From Perkinsus chesapeaki ATCC PRA-425 (taxonomy: Eukaryota; Protista; Perkinsozoa), in NCBI GenBank assembly GCA_013115145.1, contig JAAPAO010000348.1, forward strand, positions 1 through 37,309: a stretch of 37,309 nucleotides of DNA, given 5' to 3'. Made by a program: the position numbers and the translations under genes. Under the pieces are notes generated by a model that saw only the letters and a list, made by a program, of their open reading frames with translations, searched no databases and was not told where the DNA came from. Numbering within the stretch: the first letter of the stretch is position 1; the number at the start of each line of letters is the position of its first letter. This document shows, in pieces, positions 12,660 through 21,839 of the stretch.

Positions 12660-12890
12660 TACTGCACCGAGCAGTCTGCACGAAATAACACTGTATGTGT
12701 GGAAAGTTTCCACTGGAAACTGCACGATATTGTACTCAGTACCATCGTACAGTCTGCACGAGGTGTAAAAAGATGATATAATACTGAACCAAACGCAACT
12801 GTATGGCTCAAAACTGTATGTGTAGTAACTGTACGGATAAGGGCTACTCGAATAGGCACTCTGCGAGCTTGCACTGTACGATATGATCCT
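12660..12890. repeat. Cluster of short repeated motifs (actgta/tacagt and ctgcac/gtgcag) upstream of DPH5
   Basis: About six ACTGTA and four CTGCAC copies, including cagtctgcacga twice, in about 230 nt. Confidence 0.7.
12705..12721. repeat. Perfect palindrome, 8+1+8
   Basis: agtttcca-c-tggaaact. Confidence 0.9.
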
Positions 12891-12959
12891 CACTCCATAT
12901 GACATCCTCCCGCTCGGCTGTCGCCGAACTGAGAGGAGCTCCCTCGAACGTCAAAATGG

Positions 12960-12982
12960 TTTGAGACTCTCAAATTGAGAGT
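12960..12982. repeat. Overlapping double palindrome (three alternating arms, 1-nt spacers)
   Basis: tttgaga-c-tctcaaa (12960-12974) overlaps actctcaa-a-ttgagagt (12966-12982). Confidence 0.9.
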
Positions 12983-13030
12983 GGCGGAAATAATCTCCGT
13001 CACACCTCAAACGAAAAGTCTCTCGCGTCT

Positions 13031-13063
13031 GAGCCGGTTCAAGAAAGTTTCTTGAACCGGCTC
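13031..13063. repeat. Perfect palindrome, 16+1+16
   Basis: gagccggttcaagaaa-g-tttcttgaaccggctc. Confidence 0.97.
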
Positions 13064-13083
13064 TTGAAGAAACAAAATGGCTC

Positions 13084-13104
13084 TGTCGCAAGCTGCTTGC
13101 GACA
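13084..13104. repeat. Perfect palindrome, 10+1+10
   Basis: tgtcgcaagc-t-gcttgcgaca, followed by a further tgcttgcg copy. Confidence 0.95.
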
Positions 13105-14315
13105 TGCTTGCGTAATGTTTGCGGCAAGCTGAAAACAACCGAATCGCAGTCTCTGGCGAGGTAATACACTGCATCAGAGATTCCCAACACCATAGAAATA
13201 AAACCAGGCGACTCCTCCACCAAATTGAAAGGGAGTTTTACTGGCGATTTTACATGCTTCAAGACCACATCCACATTCCTGTTCTTTCTGAACAGTGCCA
13301 CAGCCGAGTTATGGTCACTCAAGTTGAAGAGGCAAATTGCCATAACTGAAAGCTGTTTGAGATCTTCGAAAAATGAACTTCAGTGTACAACAGTTCAACT
13401 CATAGTTCACGTTGTTTTGCGAAGAAGCTTAGTTCACTTCCAAATGTAAGTACTACATCTAGCCGTCAGTCATGAGTATCAAAAGCACAACCACGCATGA
13501 GGCCCGGCGGTGCAGGCATATACCGTAATTGTTATTGGGGCATTCAAACGGGCTGTTCAAAAAAGCGTTCCTAAAGTGTGTCCATTTGTGTTCATAAGAC
13601 CGTCCCCAGGAATAGTCCGGGGAACGAGCCCAGGAACGTCCTTCGGCACGTTCGAAAAACTTCAAGAACGATCCCTCAACTCCAGTTAAACTATCGCAAT
13701 TAAAATAATAACTATAGGACTCGCTGGTTTACATGACTCTGTGAGCCACCAGCACAACGGCCGAACAAGGTTGAGCAATATCCCACAGAATTCAAACTAC
13801 AGTAGGTGTTTCGACTCGAAAGCTCCGAGGTCCACAAGTTGAAGCCTTATTGCACTGGATTCGTTAATTTGAGTGTCTTGTCATGCTCCTTCGTTATCCT
13901 GGCCGCTCACAGGTCAGCATAAACCTTTTGTGCGCCGCGCATGCGCAGATTTGCACGCATGCTCGGCCTTGCTTACATGGCGAGTTTAACAGCAAGGTAG
14001 TGGACATGTGGCCTGTAAATTACAAGTGAGAAGGAACTGATAGGTGATATATAGTGGAGATCACAGTACGATCTATTAGTGATGCCACTGGGATGAATAA
14101 CCTAGCGAACAACGGACCATTGTCAATGGTATCTGCGCATGCGTGGCCAGAGAACGCCCGCACAGAACGCGAGCCCACAACAAGGGGCAGCAACAAATAC
14201 ATTAGAATCAATGCTTCCGATGTATCCACGGTATATTGTAGGCACGTTTGTATCATAGCGCAGTGTATTCATTGTATACCTGGAGTACACCGCATTCTGT
14301 CAGTTATTTCAGACT

Positions 14316-14552
14316 ATGGCTCTGGTATCTCGTCTTAGCAGCGCCCTATTTTTCATCATCGTGGTCGTCTACGCTGGGAAGAAGTGTAAGGATCAAGGAG
14401 ATTGCCCAGCCGGTCTCGAATGTCAGTGTTCCGCTGCGATGTGCAGCGGTCCTGTACGCCCCTGCGATGTCCTCGCCAAGAACAGCTGCCCGGGAGGCGG
14501 GCAATGCCTCTGTGTGGATTTCGAGTGCCTCCCTCCGAGAGCCGACGTGTAG
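14316..14552 (+). CDS. Small secreted cysteine-rich peptide (78 aa, signal peptide, 10 Cys in two repeats)
   Basis: Intronless ORF. Hydrophobic leader MALVSRLSSALFFIIVVVYA, then C-x5-C-x5-C-x-C-x4-C-x6-C-x7-C-x5-C-x-C-x4-C. Confidence 0.72.
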   Translation: MALVSRLSSALFFIIVVVYAGKKCKDQGDCPAGLECQCSAAMCSGPVRPCDVLAKNSCPGGGQCLCVDFECLPPRADV

Positions 14553-15926
14553 ACTTGGTATCACCAAAATGACAAAATTAGCGAGATTTAATCTCGCTAA
14601 TTTGTCAAAGCTTTGTTATCAACCGTCTACTTATATTGTGGCAGTTTTTATTCTGCTGTATGTTACTCTGTTTGTCACACAAGTCCCTTCTCGAAATTAT
14701 CTGCCGAAACATAACCAGGTTTCACGCCTTTAAACGGAGAAGTTGAGTTCTTCCGCCAAGTAGTGACCGTGCTGTCGCAATCGAGTCGCTCTACGCGAGT
14801 GTACCATAACCCGTACAAGAGTCAAAACCCGGCGATGACTAATTTTTGGTGAAATGGTAGATGTTGTACGTTTCAAGCGTACAAGTTTAGGATTCCGCTC
14901 ACTCTGAGTGGAAACTCGCGAGATCCCCCACGATGGTGACGATACTGGAGTTCGCAAAAGGACTCAGCTTGGTCGTGAATCCGGAAGTCTCCAGACAACG
15001 ATTACGCGCCGCGCATTCAAAAAGTCAGATGGATGCCTTATGATGTTCGGCTTCAAAAAGCATTTCAAAAAACTGTGATTCACAGTGCTTGCTGTTCATA
15101 GCCTGTGGGCAGAAAGTACCCTGTCGATACAATCATGAGAATTGAGTAAACTTATCCGCTATCACTCGTGAACGCGACAGGTAAAGGGGTTCATGGGGTA
15201 AAACAAACTCGCATTCGACCTCCCCCACATGCCATACAGAGAGAAACAACCGCTTTGGGTTGCGGAAAGCCAATGGTACATACACGTCATGGTCGAAGGG
15301 ACAGGAAGGGTACAAACTGCATGAAATGGCAGAAGAAATGAACGTAGAAGTCTGTAAGTGAGCAAGCACACTCTGCATATAAACACGTGCGGGTGGAGCC
15401 TCGGCATAGCAGCGTAAACTAAGCATGTTTCCAAAAAGAGGTCTATATTTATCTGATGAATTTCGCAGCCACCTGTTGGATCCCCGGCACCCACAATGAA
15501 GGGGTTATTGCCGCAGTGGGGGGGACTCCATGAATCTTTGATGGGTACCATTTCACATCGACTCTTGAAGCTCAGGCGCTATGGTGAACCGTTCGCGGTT
15601 CAACCGTGACGTTCTCTGTCGCAATGTGACGTGATAATGACACTATCAGTTCAACGGCTTGCCGACCGGCGGACGACGAGATTTAGTTTTCCCTTTTTCG
15701 CTGTTAAGCCAGACCAAGGTTGCATGGTGTTAATGTTACTCACATCGCTGCAGTCTGAGTTATTAACTGTTCTTCTTGTATAACGTGTGTGAGTTATATT
15801 CCAAGGTTTGAAGCGGCTCAGTTAGACACTCCAATTCACGAACGGCTCGCAAGTGGGCTTCATAGCTTTAGTGTGAACTCTGTGTGCTGAAGGTGCTACT
15901 CAAGCTCAACTCGCATGATGAGCGAA

Positions 15927-18271
15927 TTAAGAAACAGTGTCATCCAATGGTCTTATGACGCACAAACTCTTATCAACTTCACAATTGAGAGATCTGGCCT
16001 TTTTCTGGGAAGGGCTCCGTGATGCCGGCTCCAGGCTTGATGTGGATGTCATCGTGGCTTCTGCCCGAGAGGACAGATCTTCATTGAGGATGAGCTCGAA
16101 GAGGCTATCATGCCTAGTGACTAACCACCTGCAAAATGTAGAATCGATAACAGCAGTCTAAATAAGAGAACGCTCAATCGGGATGGCCTCAAGCACTATG
16201 CCTTACAAGAATATCTTGGCAGCTAGGTCAGCTACAGTCCAGCCGTTTTGCTCCACCACGGTCACAACATGTGCCAAATTGGAGACACGCGTGTCGCCGT
16301 AAGGGAAGTACTCGACCTTCCTGTTAGCCAGTGAGCACGCAAGCCACTGAGATTCAATAATGTAAGTGCCACAATACTGTAGTAACAGTAGTAAGTCGGA
16401 CCTTCAAGGGCCTACACCTTAATATAACAGAAATAGATCTACATACAGTAAATATGATGTATGAAATGTGATCTGTAGTAAAGATTTTATACGCCCCCGT
16501 ATGAAATAGAATAAATCTGTTACAACGACGTTCATAGATACAGCCACATCTTATGTATTATGGAGATGAGGTCACCTGTATCATAGACTTCAACTGAGGA
16601 TCACCTCCAAAGACACCACAGCCCCAGTTGCCAGTGGCGAAAGCTATTCCATCGGGTAGGCCATCAGCAGTGACCGCAATATAGCACTTGTTGAGTTCGC
16701 GCAGTATGCACCTGAAAGAATGATAACCGGCGCTGAATCTGTACTTGGAGCAACTTCACGCACCTCGGAGTGTATTGCGCTTTCTGATCTCGCGGATCTG
16801 CCCCAAAATGCAACGCATCCATGACGATAACCCAGCTTTCCTGCTGCCCCAATTCCGTCTCTGTCGACCCGGTGCATTCAAATGACGAACCATATCCGGA
16901 ATAGTCTGTGTATCTGACGTACGCAAGCTCAGGAAACCTCACGTATGAGCACGCTACTGTATGGCACCGTGTATGTACATTGCCTCGTAGTCAGCCAGCG
17001 GGTCCACCGACCCTACCAAAATAGATAGGAGAAGCTCCGGGCAAATGATGAACCTGTTAGTCGATAATCTATGGCGCTTTGTGACCTTCCGACCTGATCT
17101 CCTCCTGCACACAGCCACCCGAGAGCACACCGCCCCCAACTCGGCAGTTCGCAAAATCAGCTTGTAGCCGACCAGCAGCGTCTTCTATTCGGTCCGTGTC
17201 ACTGGTAACCTACTGAGTGGTAGGAAGCCAGGTTACATTTGCCGTACCTCGAAAGCCTCGAGCGGAACGTCCTTGCTGCACCACCACTCAGCCATATGCC
17301 TATTCAGTGAAGAAGTAACCATGTATGCAATAGTTGCTGCACCCACTGTTCACTGCCGCGCACACGGCTTATCGAGATTTTACGATCGTCCGGGACGAGA
17401 GGGCTCGCCCTGCATACTCGGTTGAAGTAGAGGATGATACAACGCAGCTTTCCCACTTGTTTGCGCTGGTCACGGAAAAAGTTGGCAAAGTTGAATCTCA
17501 CAGACGCCTTTCCGCGAGCGCTGTAGCCATCAGACCAATACCTATGAAAACCACGTGGAGCAGCTTATTGGGCAAAAACCGTACATTGGAACACCAAAGA
17601 AGGCCAACGCCAACAGGGCCGAGGCTTGATACGGTGTGAAGGAAACTGTCTTGTGCGTTGGGCCGCCGCGTCGCCTTCGCAGCAGTAGGACCGTCTACCG
17701 ACAGCACTGGTGCGTTTGCCCATCGAGGAGGACGCTACTTTGCTCCCCAGAATGGCTTCAATCTCAATGACACGCCGAGCCATTTCAGGTATTGCCTTCA
17801 CCAAAAAAGTGTCCCTTTCTTCTACGGGAAGCTTCCACATCATTTTTGGAAGGTCCTTGTAGAACCTGTGATAGGCAGGTACCCTTGCCAATCATCTGCA
17901 GCCCAACCGTGTCGCCCGGTCTCTCCTCACATAAATCTCAGCCACTCGTTGCATCGCACTCTAAAGGAGATCAATACGCACTCTAAAGGAAACCACGTAT
18001 AAAGTTGTTGCGGTCCCGATAGGATTTCTTGTCGTCAAGTTGTCGAGATATTCACACTGCCGGGTACAGAACTGTCGGTCCGTAGTAAACGAGTTTATCG
18101 TTATAACATGTCATGGATCAACAGTGGATGTATGTGATAGATGTATATATTTCAACACTACTAGTGTTACACTAGGCGAAAATCGCACACTCGTGCGAGG
18201 AAGAGCAGCAGCAGTATGATTACCCTTAGTCGATCAGGCGTAGTGTTCTCTAAAGAAGACAACTCGGTCAT
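15927..18271 (-). CDS. PARG: Poly(ADP-ribose) glycohydrolase, canonical macrodomain type, multi-exon; start and last exon approximate
   Basis: Signature DFANCRVGGGVLSGGCVQEEIRF.ICPELL (GGG-x7-QEE), plus FNFANFF...KLRCIILYFNRV, YSGYGSSF, VMDALHF, LRELNKCYCG and ATGNWGCGVFGGDPQLK. Confidence 0.94.
17955..17990. repeat. 14-nt direct repeat (period 22) duplicating a PARG 3' splice site
   Basis: cgcactctaaagga at 17955-17968 and 17977-17990. Confidence 0.85.
18154..18175. repeat. Overlapping double palindrome (three alternating arms, 1-nt spacers)
   Basis: aacacta-c-tagtgtt (18154-18168) overlaps ctagtgt-t-acactag (18161-18175). Confidence 0.85.
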
Positions 18272-18755
18272 TATCTCAGAGTACTGTAACCAGTCGGTAG
18301 AAGCTGTTGGCAGGTATATGTACCTTTACACACGGGCTTTCACTTTACATAGAGTAATGAAGACATACTCGGAGTAAGGCGGCCGCGTCATTGCGAATGT
18401 AAGTGAATCTTCAGACAACTTCAGCATTTACGAATTGGAAGAACACAACAGGGACAGCAACCTCAGGGAGCAATTACAGATGAAACTGTCAATAAGACAA
18501 CAAAAAGAATCATTATTATTGTATATCCATGGTAACGACGACAAGACAAGGGACCACCTATGCGCAATTGTATGGTGAAGCGAAGTGGTCCACGGAGCAA
18601 TGCAAAGGACTATACGAAACAATTGAGCCCGACATAATGCATGGTACGCTACACATTAGTAATAGTATCACATGGCAGAAGAAATCCCAAAAACATACAT
18701 TGCACTATACCTAGCTGAGAACCTTTTTGGCAGGGCCAGCAGATCAAAGAAAAGT

Positions 18756-19418
18756 CTACACAGCAGAGCTCCGAGCTAGACAAGTATCAATAGAGAAGCT
18801 GCGGTTTCTGCAAGCAAGGCCTCGACTATAGATAGGCTCTAGCGCTGGACAGCATGCCTTCATTACAGCCCAAATATTACGTATACACTAAAAAACATAT
18901 TCGTGCTATTACTATTAAAGGGTTTTACTTACATGATCCTTCCTACTATACCAAATACATTCACGAACATTACAGCAATCTTCCTCTTCTTTTATTGATC
19001 GACATAACTTATTAACTGTGACCTCGAGAGCGATGAAGCTGGAGTCCACAGTGATAGCCTCCCCGAGTTCCTTCATCTCCATCGCGTGACCAGCGGCAAC
19101 ACTTTTCGGGTATGTGCAGGAGCAGCCACTCCACTCACAACCACTGGCTCTCAAACACTCTTCTCTGCTCTTGTTAGGGAGGCATTTATCGCATCTTGAC
19201 GTGTAGTACTCTCGATCCAAGGGATGCAGCTGCGGTAGGGCGAAGCTGAATATGCCATCCGTCTCGATACGATGGTAACCCGCGCACTCGGCTTCGTAGC
19301 TTAGATCACATCCGAGACCATCGACCCACATGCAACCGTCATCAGAAATTTCCCGGGCGGCCGGGAGAATAGGAAATCCCATCGCAGATAGAGTGCTTGA
19401 TATTATTCTTATTCTCAT
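18756..19418 (-). CDS. Cys-rich, probably secreted protein (paralog 1, about 205 aa; exons 19418-18933, 18887-18756)
   Basis: Aligns with the gene at 21840-23176 (DGCMWVDGLGCDLSY vs DGCVWIEGLGCELGY; CIRNIWAVMKACCPALEPI..R..ACRNRS vs CIRDIWRVMETCCDALHPI..R..QCRNRS). The 45-nt GT-AG intron is in the same position. Confidence 0.78.
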
Positions 19419-19497
19419 AGACTATACACTGAAGCGCGAAAAGTGATGAGCATAGTTCATGTAAGAAACTCAAGACAATCGCCGTAGAAAATGAGCA

Positions 19498-21700
19498 TCA
19501 CAATGGTAAGGAGAGAATTTGTGCAAATGGGGACACTTCGTATTTTACATCACTATCACTGTTGCGCAACGATATACCTTCTCCCAGCGTAAAAATGCCG
19601 GCCGAGAAAGGGAACATTGACAGAGTGAGCGGGTGAGAGGTGAACGCTGGAATAGCCTGATCGTTGAACATGTTGTCGAGCATAACAAGTAGTACTCACC
19701 CCAACACATCGCTCAGTGGGCCCCGCAATTTGAACCTCCCCAAGAGCACCAAAGTCGAAGCAAATGTCGGTGTTGATATCCTTCTCGGAGTTATTGACAA
19801 TCTCGACGTCGATCGAAAAGGGCTCCTCCATTGTCACTGCCAGTGTGCCTTCTGGCAGACCCTCGGGATACCGAGAAGCCTTAACCGATGAGAAAGTGGC
19901 CTGAACATGAACGAGCTGTAGGACGATGATGAGTCTCCTTGTTGCTGTCAGCTCTAATACGGCAAAGGTCAAGTGAGATACATCAGCCTCACCAATCGCA
20001 AATCGAGTTCCTGCACTGGTATCGGCTGTAATGACAGCTCCTGCCTAACACCAAGGACGGCATCCGATGCGCTACCAAGTTGAGGACATCGCCATTGATA
20101 CTCAAATGCCCCACAAGACACGAGCTCTCTGACCTACGAGCCAACTACCACAACAACGACAACAACAGCAGCAGCAGTCACCCTACGTATCCGACATCAA
20201 CGCTACTGCCTTTGGGTCTAAGCGTGAAGATGTACTCAGCAGCTGAGGCCTCCTGTGGCATCAATACGTGAGTGCGTCCTAAAGCCAGACAGTTGAGATC
20301 CGATGAAGGTCTGTAACTTACTGGTGTCACCAACAGCTTCACAGATGAAACCCGGAATCGGATCTAGCTTGGCTTTGAATATTGCTATACTGGCTGCAGA
20401 ATGGGTATTAGTTACCGTCACATTACAGAGGATTCTAGTCTAACACAGAAGGGGCATGTCATTGCCATCTTATATATGTTAATCATGTTAAGGAGCTCCG
20501 GACACTTCGGGATTCACACTCGAAGACTTAGTGCGTTCAACCCAGTTTCAGCGCCGTCTGGGTTACAAACAATACTTCTAGAGAAACACTCTACAAAGTG
20601 CAGTCCTGTGAACGATAGAAGAAATAATTGCGTGTCAGCGTAAGGCTCACGCTCTGCACACTACTTACGGCTGACGCTTACGCAGTAAGCTTCAGCCAAA
20701 AAATGGAGATGCTCCGCGCAGCCTTCTTGACTTACATCCAATTGCACGACTTCATGGTGAACTGCAATAGGGGCAACAACAGGGAACTTGTAGCTTCGCT
20801 TGAAGTACAACAGCGGCCCTCCTGGAGATAAGGCATATCTGAATGAGTTGGGCGGAACTGACAGTACTGAGTGGTAGTACCTACGTTATCTGAACTTGCA
20901 GTATATGCATAGAGGGCTCTGCAAGGGGCTGAAACGAAACACATGGGAGGCCCACATGTCCGTGGAACGATCGGGGATGGTTAAGTGAAGATATTTCAGA
21001 GATGAGGATAGCCAACACACATGAAACTTACGAATCTGCCGCGAGTTGAGACGACCTGTTCAATCGGACACTCCTTGGCGAATATAGGCAGAGGATGCTC
21101 AGTTGTATCCAGCAGAGTAATAGAGTTATCACTAACTGATGGGCACGATAGTTCCACCTGAACAGCAATACGCCACGGAGGACAGGACAGTTGAACTGAC
21201 CTTGATGGAAAGGTTGTAGAGAGTGGTTATGTTGGGGCTGTCAACAGCAACATGAATATACCCTTGGAAGGCCTCTCCGACGAACATGTCACTAATAGAA
21301 ACAAAAATGTTTGGTAAGTACATATCAATATGTCGGACGATACAGTAACAAATATAAGTATAAAAGGTATATATGCAGTAGTACATAAATTACGAAATGC
21401 ACAGTGTAATGCACTGTAATGTATGATTTACAGTGATAGATATGCTTTCGACTCATCCTCTATCTAGTGGTGGCTAATAATAAGGCTACCTCACTTCTCG
21501 CGGCAGCTTCAGTGATATGTTCTCAAGTTGTCTAGGGACATCATCAGGTAAGAGAGGATTGTGACATTCCTAAACACCCATAATACAGACACCAACCACT
21601 CGACTGTCCGCTTCACCTGTACAATGGTGTGCACCGGCAGCGCGTGCTGAACCTGGCTCACTCGCATGACCTTTACGGCCAACGGATCCCTGTTCGACAT
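19498..21700 (-). CDS. TRAPPC13: Trafficking protein particle complex subunit 13-like (Trs65/DUF974), multi-exon
   Basis: N-terminal DPLAVKVMRVSQ, LPNIF...DMFVGEAFQGYIHV, and C-terminal EEPFSIDVEIVNNSEK...LTLSMFPFSAGIFTLGEGISLRN match recalled TRAPPC13 blocks. Confidence 0.85.
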
Positions 21701-21839
21701 TGACCCTCTTCGTGAGAAAAACGCTGGAATACTCCGCTCTTTAAAGCCTCCCGCATGAAAACGCAGTTCTTCTTATGACGGCAAACACATAGCTTTTTTA
21801 GAACTACCAAGAGGAGTGACTCGTCCAAAAATAATAGTG

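Noticed and set aside
12657-12905. Ser/Tyr-rich ORF upstream of DPH5
   Set aside because: Its composition follows from the TACAGT repeats, and DPH5 has its own canonical start at 12537.
13640-13680. U6 snRNA-like sequence (cttcggca...aaaa...gaacgat)
   Set aside because: The invariant ACAGAGA box and the downstream U6 core are absent.
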